Shown here: positions 18,754 through 29,400 of the stretch, in pieces
How positions within the stretch are numbered: the stretch's first letter is position 1
How the letters are laid out: every line of letters starts with the position of its first letter
The notes under the pieces: model-generated
What the model was told of the DNA's origin: nothing
The model's database searches: none
What the model saw: only the letters and a program-made list of their open reading frames with translations
Position numbers and translations under genes: made by a program
Assembly: GCA_902787255.1 (NCBI GenBank)
Contig: CADAFY010000001.1
Coordinates: 22,852 to 61,221 of the forward strand
Direction: 5' to 3'
Length of the DNA stretch: 38,370 nt
From: an uncultured Bacteroidia bacterium
GTDB taxonomy: Bacteria > Bacteroidota > Bacteroidia > Bacteroidales > UBA932

Positions 18754-19005
18754 ATGAACAATACGGAACTTGACAACTGGTGGGCATCGATTCCCATTTC
18801 ACAAAAAGAGCGGATTGCCCGCAAATCTTTCACCAAAGCCCATCCCGGCGAGACCGTGGATGAATCTACCATCATCTATCCGGCTTGCACCCGCTGGTGG
18901 GGCGAACTGAGCATTGAAGAAAAAGACAAGATTTACGACCACTGCGTCAACCGCCACGGTCTGAGCGAAAAAGAGTGGAACAGCGGAGACCCCTACGGTG
19001 ACTAA
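18754..19005 (+). CDS. Small hypothetical protein with an internal WW...K..I duplication
   Basis: 83 aa, ATG after an AT-rich leader and a promoter motif, fills the intergenic gap. WWASIPISQKERIA vs WWGELSIEEKDKIY. Confidence 0.7.
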   Translation: MNNTELDNWWASIPISQKERIARKSFTKAHPGETVDESTIIYPACTRWWGELSIEEKDKIYDHCVNRHGLSEKEWNSGDPYGD

Positions 19006-19029
19006 GGGTTACCCGGCCAAAAACGCCCG

Positions 19030-20889
19030 CTAAAAGCGTTCCTTGCGAATCTGATCGACTCCCTCCAAATCGGCCAGGGAGAACACCGTTTCGTTGAGTT
19101 CGGTGACGGAATGCACGGAGATGCGGATATCACAAGTAAAAATCTCATCCTTCACCCCCATCGTAATGCTAGTCAAGGGGAGTTTGTGGTCTTCAACGAT
19201 ACAATGGATAATATCCCGCAACAAATGATAACGGTCGATGGCCTTGATGTGGATGCCGACCGGGTAGAGGACATTGGGCTCCGCGTAGAAATCGCTCACG
19301 GACACAATCGTATTTCCCCTGGCGGAAGCAATGCTGAGCGCTTCTTGGCAGTTACGCGTATGCAACGAAATCTGCCCCGACGCGTCTTTGAAGCCAATAA
19401 TTTCCTCCCCGGGCATCGGATGGCATAAAGAACACAGACAATACCGGGGCTTGGGAAGGTCACGCAAGTAAGAACTGATGCGTTTGCGGGCCTTGTACGA
19501 GACCGTGGCGTCAAGCCAGTCAGGACGGGGATGCACGTGGTCCGCCTTTCCCACATAGACACAATCTCCCCGATGCAACACCGTCTTCACGCTCACTTTC
19601 TGTCCATTGACATTAGCATATTGGGCGTGGTCGCCGATGTCGGTATGCACCTCATAAGCAAAATCCAGCACCGTAGCCCCTTTAGGAAGCGTTATCGGTT
19701 TCCCTTGCGGAGTAAAGACGACTATATCCTCGTTGAACAAGGAATGCTGAATGCCCGGCATAATGCCCTCTGACTCTTTGGACAGTTCGCGCAGCACATC
19801 CGTCAGACGCTGCAGCCACTGCTCTTTGCGCTCGACGACACAGCCGTAATAGGACTGCTTGCGCATATTGTCGGACGAGACATGGAACTCCTCGATCTGC
19901 CCATAAGGATTGAGCAGGCGGAAATGAACCGAACGGTAGCCGTTGGCCTTGGGCTGGGCCATATAATTGACAAAACTGCCGGTCTGCTCTCGGTATCGTT
20001 GGGACAGAATAGAATAGAGCCTCAACACGATATCTTCTTCTTTGGCGTTCCACCCGGTCAAAGCGTACACTTCATCGCGGTTGAAAGAAGCACGGATATA
20101 ATGCTTGAACGGGACGTGGAAGAAATCCGTGTCCTTCTCCTGCATCTCCCGCCAGATACTGTAAGGCTTGCGGTAGCGGATATCCCAGCGGATGCCGCCC
20201 AGACTTTGTCCTACAATCCCGGCCACTTCGCTCATAAAAGCCTCCACCGCGCCCTGCGTACGAACTTTATCTTCGTTCAGCAGGTGGGATATAAAATTGT
20301 TCTCTTCGGGATTGAGGAAAGAAAAGGCCAGGTTCTCCAACTCGGATTTGACGGAGTACAAACCCAGACGACCCGCCAGCGGAGCAAAGAAAAACTGCGT
20401 TTCAGAAGCGATTTTCCATTGTTTCTCCGGTTTCATCGCCTGCAGCGTACGCATATTGTGCAAGCGGTCCGAGAGTTTCAGAATCAACACACGCACATCT
20501 TCCTGAACAGAGCCCAAGATGTGCTGGTAATTATCAATCTGGTCGTTGTTGCGCTTGGTGACGGCCTCCACCAGAAAGGCGACATCATCTCCGAACAAAG
20601 CGCGGATTTCATCGATGCCGTGCGGCGTATCTTCCACCACATCGTGCAACAAGGCCGCACAAATGATGCTGACATCCGTCTGCATCATCTCTCGGATGAC
20701 GACGAGCGCCACGTGAATGGGATGAAGGATGTAGGGTTCTCCGCCTTTGCGCTTTTGCGGGCGATGCGCTTCCTCCGCCAGAACAAAAGCCCGTTCGACT
20801 TGGTCCCTTTCTTCGGGAGTCAGGCTCTCCGGCAACGAGCGCATCAATTCTTCGTGCGCGCTGGCTATTAATTCTTCCGAGTTCATCAT
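19030..20889 (-). CDS. Long RelA/SpoT homologue (HD hydrolase, degenerate synthetase, TGS, Zn-finger, ACT)
   Basis: AHRPQKRKGGEPYILHP, ALLHDVVEDT, KLSDRLHNMRT (hydrolase); PKANGYRSVH (synthetase remnant); VFTPQG..LPKGATVLDFAYEVHT (TGS); CSLCHPMPGE...HTRNC (ZFD); ACT-like C-terminus. Confidence 0.9.
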   Translation of the reverse strand: MMNSEELIASAHEELMRSLPESLTPEERDQVERAFVLAEEAHRPQKRKGGEPYILHPIHVALVVIREMMQTDVSIICAALLHDVVEDTPHGIDEIRALFGDDVAFLVEAVTKRNNDQIDNYQHILGSVQEDVRVLILKLSDRLHNMRTLQAMKPEKQWKIASETQFFFAPLAGRLGLYSVKSELENLAFSFLNPEENNFISHLLNEDKVRTQGAVEAFMSEVAGIVGQSLGGIRWDIRYRKPYSIWREMQEKDTDFFHVPFKHYIRASFNRDEVYALTGWNAKEEDIVLRLYSILSQRYREQTGSFVNYMAQPKANGYRSVHFRLLNPYGQIEEFHVSSDNMRKQSYYGCVVERKEQWLQRLTDVLRELSKESEGIMPGIQHSLFNEDIVVFTPQGKPITLPKGATVLDFAYEVHTDIGDHAQYANVNGQKVSVKTVLHRGDCVYVGKADHVHPRPDWLDATVSYKARKRISSYLRDLPKPRYCLCSLCHPMPGEEIIGFKDASGQISLHTRNCQEALSIASARGNTIVSVSDFYAEPNVLYPVGIHIKAIDRYHLLRDIIHCIVEDHKLPLTSITMGVKDEIFTCDIRISVHSVTELNETVFSLADLEGVDQIRKERF

Positions 20890-20933
20890 TTCGGACAGAA
20901 AACGCCCATCGGGGCTATTCGGGCCGCACGCTG

Positions 20934-22955
20934 CTAATAGAAGCGGGCGCGATTATCCGTGACCTTGTTCTCAGACATCACGGGCACAATCATTTGCGAA
21001 TAGTATTGGGCTTTCTGTGCATCCATCGTTTTGGCATCGTCCTCATTGTAGAAGGAACCCTCTTCGCGGGAAAGAACCTTATACATAAAGACGGAATAGT
21101 TGGAATGGGCGGGACCGCTGACGACACCGACCTCTGCAGAAGCGACCGCTCCCAACAGAACGGGCTCGACGGGAACTGCTCCGGAGGATGCGAACGCCAC
21201 GCCGTCTTTGGTCATCAATTCGGCATCCAAGGCTTTCGCCACCTCATTCATATCTTCTAGACCGGCCACTTTGGCAGCCACTTCCTTGGCTTTGCTGGCC
21301 GCGGCTTTCTCCTGGAAGAGTTGGGTCTTAATCATCGCGGAGACTTCTTTCACCGGGGTATAGCCCTCCTTGTGAATGTCTTTGAGCGCCACGACGAAGA
21401 ACGCCTTGTTGGCAACGGTGATAATGTTGCTCACCTCGCCCTTCTTGTGGTCGAACGCCCAACGGGTCACCTCGACCGTACCGTCTATGGCACCCAGATT
21501 GCGGGCGCTTTCCGGCATCTTGTCATAATTCTGAACATATAGGTGCAACGAATCGGCAGCCGCCTTGAAGCCTTTGTATGTGCCGCCGGCGCGGGCCGCC
21601 AGGGTGTTGGCCTGAGAATAATAAGTGTTGTAGGTCTCTTTGCCCGGAACGATATTCTTGGACAAAATCGCGACCTGCTTCTTCTGGACAGGCTCTGATT
21701 TGCTGACGACCTTGACGAGCAACTGACCATACTGCGGGCTCGTGACAAACTGGGCCACATTGACACGGGCGTCGAACAAATCTTCGCAACCGGACAACAT
21801 ACGGTCCTGGGTCATCGTCATCGCTTCCGCCGCATCCAGTTTCTCCGTCAACTCGGGGGTAATGCTCTCCTCACCGTTGGCGGGAATCACTTTCACCTCG
21901 ATACGGTCGGGCATCATCTTCACGGCCAAAACGCGCACGGCATAGAAGGCCTCATCGGAAGCAATCACCTCGGAGGCCTTGCCAGCGGCGGAGTTATCCA
22001 CGAATTCGGCAACCTTGCGGTCCACCGTATTCAACTCACCTTTACCATACCACTTGCTGTCGTACTTCGTATCGGAATTGCGAAGCAAGAAGGCCTTGAG
22101 ATTGGTACTGGCCAGGAATTCATCGTAGCAGGCATTGATTTTTTCCTGCGCCGCGGCGATATCCTTGGCGGAAGCCTTGACCTCGAACACGACATAGTCA
22201 ATGTCGCGGCTGGCTTTGACCTTGTAATTTTTCTTGTGGGCGTTGTAGTATTTCTCCACTTCGGCATCGCTGACACTCAAGGTGCTGTCACGCACATAAC
22301 CGACCGGCACCGACACATACTGGATATTGGCCGTCGTGTTGTTTTCCTTGATCTGACGGGCCTCCATCAAGACATTGTTCTGGTTGCTCTTGGTAAAGAG
22401 CGCGGCATATTTCTCATAATATGCCTCGGTCATCACGGCTTTCTGGAGATAATCCCAGTACAATTTCATCCGGCCGCTCTCATCGCTCTGGACCGTTTGG
22501 ACAAACTCCACGAGACGGTCAACGCTGAAAGTGCCGTCCTCACCCGCAAAGTTAGGGTCGCGGGCGATAATCGGGGACAGGTTGCTGCCGGTGGTCAATT
22601 CCACTTTTTCATCCTTGCTGACAAAAATGCCTGCTTTCTTGCAGTTTTTGATGAAGAGATAATCATCCACCAACGACTGCCAGGCAGCATCACGCACCGC
22701 ACGCTGCTGCTCGTCGGAAGAAGCCGAACTGCCGGTGATGATTTCATTGAGTTTGTTGTACTTGTCCAAGGTCTCCTGGAACTCCTGGTACCCAATCCTC
22801 TTTCCATCAATTTTACCTACGTCATTGCGAGAAGACATAGAATAAGTTACGGAACTAAGCGTGCTCGGGTCAATAATGAAAGACAAGAGCGCGATGGCAA
22901 TAATCACTGTGATTGCCACACCGAACTTTACGCGAATTTGTTCAAGAACCGCCAT
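20934..22955 (-). CDS. PpiD/SurA-N-domain periplasmic chaperone
   Basis: MAVLEQIR...N-terminal TM anchor (IIAIALLSFI), VGKIDG SurA-N-like region, VSDAEVEKYYNAHK and C-terminal DNRARFY, typical of Bacteroidota PpiD. Confidence 0.8.
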   Translation of the reverse strand: MAVLEQIRVKFGVAITVIIAIALLSFIIDPSTLSSVTYSMSSRNDVGKIDGKRIGYQEFQETLDKYNKLNEIITGSSASSDEQQRAVRDAAWQSLVDDYLFIKNCKKAGIFVSKDEKVELTTGSNLSPIIARDPNFAGEDGTFSVDRLVEFVQTVQSDESGRMKLYWDYLQKAVMTEAYYEKYAALFTKSNQNNVLMEARQIKENNTTANIQYVSVPVGYVRDSTLSVSDAEVEKYYNAHKKNYKVKASRDIDYVVFEVKASAKDIAAAQEKINACYDEFLASTNLKAFLLRNSDTKYDSKWYGKGELNTVDRKVAEFVDNSAAGKASEVIASDEAFYAVRVLAVKMMPDRIEVKVIPANGEESITPELTEKLDAAEAMTMTQDRMLSGCEDLFDARVNVAQFVTSPQYGQLLVKVVSKSEPVQKKQVAILSKNIVPGKETYNTYYSQANTLAARAGGTYKGFKAAADSLHLYVQNYDKMPESARNLGAIDGTVEVTRWAFDHKKGEVSNIITVANKAFFVVALKDIHKEGYTPVKEVSAMIKTQLFQEKAAASKAKEVAAKVAGLEDMNEVAKALDAELMTKDGVAFASSGAVPVEPVLLGAVASAEVGVVSGPAHSNYSVFMYKVLSREEGSFYNEDDAKTMDAQKAQYYSQMIVPVMSENKVTDNRARFY

Positions 22956-23048
22956 ATTATTACAATAATTTTATATTTACATTTTATCCGCCCATACAAG
23001 CAGGGCTGCGAAGATACGAAAAAATCCTTGAAATTACGATGTTTTCCT

Positions 23049-23672
23049 TTATTTTTTCATAATAGGACCGATTAAATTGACCGAATCGACCGGCTCTTCC
23101 TCTTCTTCCACGAACGCATAACTGTTGAAAGGCCGGTAGATGACCGAACTGTGTTCCCGCTGGTCGGAGCGCATACCATAGCCCTGGATGAAGCCGTCAG
23201 GCGAGTACATCTTCACATAACAATCCGTCCAATAAACCTCGTTGGTCCGGTCCCAATAGATGGTGTCAGACTCCATCACCTCGCGGGATTTGATGTTGTT
23301 CGTAACGACATTTCCCGTCACCATCCACACTTCTTTTCCATTGTCCTTCGAATGCCGGGCTTTCCGAGAGGAAATGGTCGTTTGCAAGTCCCCTTGCTCG
23401 TCATAAACATAAACGAAGAATCCTTCGGGGAACAACTCGTAAGAAGAGGTGTCCGTCTCGTAACGCTCCATCAGGCCGGCTTCCATCCGCATTTTCATAC
23501 GACCGTTTTCCGAATCCACCACAAACATATCCCGGACTGTCTGTACAGGCACTTGGGACAAATCGATACGGTCAGCTTTACCCAGTTTTCCCTGACAGGA
23601 AAAAAGCCCAAAGAGACCGACCATCAAACAGATGGCCGGCCTCCCGAATCGGATATTGTGCCGAGGGAACAA
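23049..23672 (-). CDS. lptC: LPS export ABC transporter periplasmic protein LptC
   Basis: Lipobox LFSC; FPEGF.V..YD, GNVV..N, ESDTIYWD, G.GM.SD pattern of Bacteroidota LptC; conserved gene context. Start codon uncertain. Confidence 0.8.
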   Translation of the reverse strand: MFPRHNIRFGRPAICLMVGLFGLFSCQGKLGKADRIDLSQVPVQTVRDMFVVDSENGRMKMRMEAGLMERYETDTSSYELFPEGFFVYVYDEQGDLQTTISSRKARHSKDNGKEVWMVTGNVVTNNIKSREVMESDTIYWDRTNEVYWTDCYVKMYSPDGFIQGYGMRSDQREHSSVIYRPFNSYAFVEEEEEPVDSVNLIGPIMKK

Positions 23673-23673
23673 T

Positions 23674-25008
23674 TTATTTGCTCTGGGTACGCACGGTCGT
23701 CACGGCAGACATACCGCCGCAATTCACCGTATAGCGATCACCGTCCGTAAGGTTGTACATAAAGGCCTCGGATTTCTCGGGGAAATACTGGCGGTACTGT
23801 CCAATCAAACGGTCAGCCTCCTCAGCCAGGGTCGAGTCGGCATTCTTGGCACGGATCATAAAGTCCACCGCCACCCAGAACGGAGCGCGGGCTTCGATTT
23901 CGTTGCCTCCCTTGCAGGAAGTGCTGCCCCAAATCTGTCCGCAAAGCATATTCGCCTTACCGGTGATATCTCCGTCGTGGTCCAGCGAAATGGCTTTCTG
24001 AGCCGATGCGTACGCCTTGGATTTGTTGCCGCTCTTGTGGTTGAACACCGCGGACTCATAATAATATTGAGCGTCCATTTCGTCGTCGGAGTCGGGAAGC
24101 GCAATGGCTTCTTCCAGGTACTTGTTAGCGGCAGCAATATCGCCCTTGGAGGCAAACATACGATACAATCCGTAGGCCGTCTTGTAGTTGGGGTCGGCCT
24201 TGTAGAGTTCGGTCACCGCCGTGAAATACAAATCGTTGTCGGTACAATCTTCCGTACTGCGCATCATATTGGCGATTTTGCCCAACAGTTCCAGGTTGCT
24301 CGGGTCCGCTTTGTACTTAGGCGTAAAAATCGCAATCAGGTTCTCGCAGGACGCGACGCGGCTGGCCACGAAGAGGTTTTCGACCGCACCGCGGATGTTC
24401 TTCGTATTTTCATCGGAAGGATTGGCGGCCAGGACGGCATCCAGATAAGTCATACAACTCTCATAGTCGGCGAGGACCTGATCGATATCCAGTTGACCGG
24501 CCTGATAGAGTTCCACCGAGCAGTTCATATAGTTGACGAAAATGCTGGCTTTGGTCTTCTCTTTGTTGTCACCAATCGCCTCCTTGCAAAGATCATAGAG
24601 AACCTTTTTATCCTGGTTGCGATACTGAATCATATCCAGCACCTTGTTCTCCAAGGCCTTGCTCTTCATCTTGGGGAAATTCTGCATACGCAAGTCGTGC
24701 AAGAGCATCAAGGTGTCGATGAGGGACTCCCGCAACTGGGCGTTCTTCTTGTTCTTGTTGATTTCCTGCCGCATCAGGGACGTACCGTCAATCAGCATCG
24801 TCTGGTTGGCGGTGGGAGGACACAACTTGAAGGCCTTGCGCCAGTTGGGAAGGGCATCCTTGTAATTCTTCACTTTGAAGTGGTCCTTGTAGAAAGACAA
24901 ATACTTCAAACACTCGGCGCTGTCTTTTCCGTATTTCCCATACGCAGAAGCGCTGACACCCGAAAACAAAAGGGCGATTACACTGAGAATAACGACTGAT
25001 TTTTTCAT
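23674..25008 (-). CDS. Secreted TPR protein of the conserved Bacteroidota OMP-TPR-lptC cluster
   Basis: Probable start MKKSVVILSV (ATG 25008; the ORF extends to 25056), signal peptide, ECLKYLS.Y, helical repeats, FWVAVD...YFP...F and C-terminal TTVR. Confidence 0.8.
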   Translation of the reverse strand: MKKSVVILSVIALLFSGVSASAYGKYGKDSAECLKYLSFYKDHFKVKNYKDALPNWRKAFKLCPPTANQTMLIDGTSLMRQEINKNKKNAQLRESLIDTLMLLHDLRMQNFPKMKSKALENKVLDMIQYRNQDKKVLYDLCKEAIGDNKEKTKASIFVNYMNCSVELYQAGQLDIDQVLADYESCMTYLDAVLAANPSDENTKNIRGAVENLFVASRVASCENLIAIFTPKYKADPSNLELLGKIANMMRSTEDCTDNDLYFTAVTELYKADPNYKTAYGLYRMFASKGDIAAANKYLEEAIALPDSDDEMDAQYYYESAVFNHKSGNKSKAYASAQKAISLDHDGDITGKANMLCGQIWGSTSCKGGNEIEARAPFWVAVDFMIRAKNADSTLAEEADRLIGQYRQYFPEKSEAFMYNLTDGDRYTVNCGGMSAVTTVRTQSK

Positions 25009-25024
25009 ATTCTTTAGAGTTATT

Positions 25025-26341
25025 TTATTCATATTTCGGTTTTTGGAACCATACATCGTGTATATTCATACTTGCGTGAACCTGGAAGTAATTCTCCCGG
25101 ATCATATTGTTGCGCAATGTACCTCTCTTTCCAATTTCTATGCCGATGGTGAAACCGTTGAACCAGCGGAACACCGGAAATGTCATTCCAAGCGTTAATC
25201 CACAGCGAGTTACAGGGTTTCCTCCGTATCGGATATTTCCCGTATCATAATAGACTCCCGCACGATAGGCCATCCTTCTGTAATAGTAACGGATATCGTT
25301 GCGGTTGGGTACGAACTCCACGCCGGCACGGATGGTATGCGACGCCGCGGACTCGAAAATCAGGTTGTCTTCGGTCTGAACGGCAAAGCCACGGGCGTTG
25401 CTGAAATTACTGTCCCGCCAGTCCGAACGCAAATAATCCACTTCCACACTCCATCGTCCGTCAATCTTGACCGCCAGACCCACTCCGATTTCATCGCCCA
25501 GTTTCACCTTCTGCGTCATCATATCCCGCGTATAGACAGAATCCTGCACGCTGGACAGCGTCGCGTGGTAATATTCTTCGTTGGTCCCGTGAATGTCGGT
25601 CTTCAAGCGATAGGTCGCTCCCACCGTCAGGGAATTGAGGGTATTGAAACGATGCTCGTATTGCAGACCGAACTTCCCGCCCAAGCCCCACAGTTTCATA
25701 TTATATCCTCCATAGGTGGAACGGAAAGACGCTTGCTCGAAAATTTTGTTGGACACCTTTTCAATACGGCCGAAATAATAATCGAACTCCGCGCCGATAG
25801 AAAAACGCTTCCAGAAGGTGGCGCCGGCAGAAAGAAAAATTTTAGTCAGCGCACCTTGTCCGTACGCCTGATAATCGATATTGCCCGTATAACCGATAAT
25901 CTCGGGACGAGTTTCGGCATACGAGAAATCGTAGCCCACCCCGCTGTACGGCGTGATGCCGATAGCCAAGGCTGAACTGCGATAAATAGGTACGGAAAGG
26001 ATGAAATTGCAAATATTAAACTGGTTGTTGACCGAATTTATATTGCCTTGCTGAAAATATTTGTTGCTATTGCTCACCCCGAAGTCCAACATAAAGGCCA
26101 GGGTGTCGCGCGCCGTCAGAGCGGCAGGATTCAAGTAGTTGATATAACGGTTGTTTCGGGTTGCAACACCGACGCCGCCCATCGTTTTATTGAAAGCGGT
26201 ACCCTCGGTCATCTGCTCGCCAACCCCAAATACGGAATAGGGAGAATAGGTAGAAAAAGCTCCCGACTGCGCCCGTAGTGACAGCACTCCGAACAACAGA
26301 AAGAGGAGGGTAAAAATCCCGATATTTCTACTACGCTTCAT
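25025..26341 (-). CDS. Outer-membrane beta-barrel protein (FadL/TodX-like Bacteroidota family)
   Basis: Signal peptide; SPYSVFGVGE, MGGVG, NPAAL N-terminal motifs; alternating beta-strand pattern; C-terminal WFQKPKYE. Confidence 0.8.
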   Translation of the reverse strand: MKRSRNIGIFTLLFLLFGVLSLRAQSGAFSTYSPYSVFGVGEQMTEGTAFNKTMGGVGVATRNNRYINYLNPAALTARDTLAFMLDFGVSNSNKYFQQGNINSVNNQFNICNFILSVPIYRSSALAIGITPYSGVGYDFSYAETRPEIIGYTGNIDYQAYGQGALTKIFLSAGATFWKRFSIGAEFDYYFGRIEKVSNKIFEQASFRSTYGGYNMKLWGLGGKFGLQYEHRFNTLNSLTVGATYRLKTDIHGTNEEYYHATLSSVQDSVYTRDMMTQKVKLGDEIGVGLAVKIDGRWSVEVDYLRSDWRDSNFSNARGFAVQTEDNLIFESAASHTIRAGVEFVPNRNDIRYYYRRMAYRAGVYYDTGNIRYGGNPVTRCGLTLGMTFPVFRWFNGFTIGIEIGKRGTLRNNMIRENYFQVHASMNIHDVWFQKPKYE

Positions 26342-26408
26342 CAACACTTTTATCCAAAAAACGGATACTAACCTGCAAAGTTGCGATTTTTAATCCATTT
26401 TTCAAAAT

Positions 26409-29400
26409 TTATGCTTCTAATTTGCGCAAAAGATTTCTAGCATCCTGCAACGAAGGAATGCCGTGAGAGAGCAATTTTAACTTTGCGTTAGACCCTTGTT
26501 TCATCTCAAAACCCATCCCCGTATCGGCTATTCTGTCCATAATCCGCTCAAATACTTCTGATTTATAATAGGGTGATTTTGAATCAGCAATAAAGTACGC
26601 AATCAATAAATGATTCTTGAAGATGATGGTCTCAAACCCCAAGCGCCTTCCCAGTTGACGAATCTGCACGACCGTAAACAAATTCTCCACTTCCACCGGA
26701 AGATGACCGAAACGGTCGATTAAGCGGGCTTTGGCTTTTTCCAGGCTCCTTTCATCCGTAATCGCGTCCAAATCTTTGTAAATTCTGATTTTTTCTACCG
26801 TGAGGTCCACAAAACTGTCAGGCAACAATGCCGGTTGATCCGTTTCCACTGTACAATCCGTCAAATATTGCTCCGTGTGCGAGGGGGTTGCATAGCCCGT
26901 CTCTACTCCCAGTTCTTCCATCGCCTCTGTCAACACCTTTTGGAAAGTTTCCAAACCCATATCGCTGATAAATCCGCTTTGCTGGGCACCGAGAAGGTTG
27001 CCGGCTCCCCGGATATCCAAATCCTGCATCGCAATGCTGAATCCGCTGCCTAAATCGCTGAATGTTTCTATGGCTTTCAAACGCCGGCGCGAATCCTCGG
27101 AAATCGAGATCAGCGGAGGAACGATCAGATAACAGAAGGCTTGTTTGTTGGAACGCCCCACCCGGCCCCGCAACTGATGCAAGTCGCTCAAGCCGATGTT
27201 TTGCGCCTGGTTGATGATAATGGTATTGGCTGCAGGAATATCCAGTCCGTTTTCTATGATGGTCGTACAAAGCAATAAATCATAATCCCCATTGATAAAA
27301 TCCATTACTTTGTTTTCCAGGGTCTGGGATTCCATTTGTCCGTGCGCCACGCATATTTTCATATCCGGAACCAAGCGATGCAGCACTTCTTCGATGGCCG
27401 GCAATTCTTCCACTTTGTTGTGGACAAAGAAAATCTGACCGGCACGTTTGAGTTCATAATGGATGATACGCTTGATTTCCTCCTTATCGAAGGTCATTAT
27501 TTCGGTCTGGATGGGAATACGGTTGGGGGGCGGCGTCTGGATGACGGACAAGTCGCGTGCGCCCAGCAAAGAAAATTGCAAGGTACGCGGAATAGGAGTC
27601 GCCGTCAAAGTCAAGGTATCGACACCCACCCGCATCTGCCGAAGTTTTTCCTTGGCACTGACTCCGAATTTCTGCTCTTCATCAATCACCAGCAAGCCCA
27701 AATCCTTGAATTCAAATTGTTCGTTCAATAATTTATGGGTACCGATGATGATATCAATTTTCCCTTCTTTCAACTCCTGCTTGATGGTATTGATTTCTTT
27801 GGGCGTCCGTAAACGAGAGATAAAATCCACGCGGCAAGGGAAATTTTCCAGACGGGAAGTAAAGGTATTGTAATGCTGCAGGCAAAGAATCGTAGTGGGA
27901 ACCAAGACCGCCACCTGTTTGCTGTCGCATACGGCCTTGAACGCGGCGCGGATGGCGACTTCTGTCTTTCCGAATCCCACATCGCCGCAAATCAGCCTAT
28001 CCATCGGACAAGTATCTTCCATATCCCGTTTGACGGCCCGGATGGCTTTATCCTGATCGGGAGTATCTTCATATATAAAAGAAGATTCCAGTTCCTCTTG
28101 CAGGTAATTATCGGGAGAAAAAGCAAAACCGCTCGATGCTTTTCGCTTGGCATAAAGCCGAATCAAATCCTTAGCAATATCTTTAACCTTGTTTTTGGCG
28201 GCCACCTTGGTAGCCACCCAAGTTTTACTGCCCAATTTATGGATACGCGGCGCTTCGCTGTCTTTGGATTTATACCGGGATATCTTATGGAGGGAATGAA
28301 TGGAAATAAAAATGACATCCTTATCTTTATATTCCAGTTTCACCACATCGTGCCAGCGACCCTTTTCGTCCGCAATCCTCACCAATCCGCCAAAAATACC
28401 GACACCATAATCAATGTGAACGATATAATCCCCTACCGTAAAACTGGTCAAATCATTGATGGTCAACTGTTCGCTCTTATCGACGGTACGACGCAGCGTC
28501 ACCCGGTGGAAACGGTCGAATAATTCGTGGTCGGAATAACAGCAGACACGGGCATCGTGATCGATGAAACCTTCGTGCAAGTTATTTCCGGGAATAAATT
28601 CGGGTTGAACCCCATAATTCTGGGCGATGATGGAAGAAAGACGATCCAACTGCTGTTTCTTCTCTCCGAATACCATTACTTTATACCCGGATTCCGTTTT
28701 GGTGCGTATATCCTCAATCATCCACTCAAAATTTTTGTGGAAAACAGGCTGGGCCACGATATGGAAAGGAATGACGGGAACGGATGGATTCCGCTCGACG
28801 GGCGGTGTCAAGCAGATACGCTGATATTGTTCTATAAAAGGATAAAAACCGCTTTCTTTATATAAATCTACGGAATCCAGCCAGAAAAGCGTATCTTTCG
28901 GAAGACGCTCTACTATCCATTCCGTCTTTTCTTCTTCCTTCGTAAAGAAAGAGGGGTATATATCTGCCTGAGAACAGTTTTCTACGGAAAGTTGGGTGTT
29001 GCAGTCAAAAATGCTTATTTTATCGATTTCATTTCCAAAAAAAGAAAAACGATACGGTTGATTCATCGAATAAGAAAAAATATCGATGATTCCTCCTCGA
29101 ATCGCATACTGCCCGGGGTCACTGACGAAATCCACCCGCTCGAACCCATTCTCATATAAAATCTGAGAAATGGATTCGTGGGATATTTCCTGACCGACTT
29201 TTAAAGTAACTAAAGGTTGAAACTGCTGAAGGGAAGGAATTTTTTCTTCAAGGGCAAGCGGATAAGAAACAATAAATAAAGTTTCTCCGGGAGTATGCTC
29301 TTTGATTTTTCCCAATGCAGCGGTACGCTGCACCCGTAAAGTAGATTGATAATTGCTTTTTTCAATATTCTTACCGGAATGGGGAAGGAAAAACACCTTA

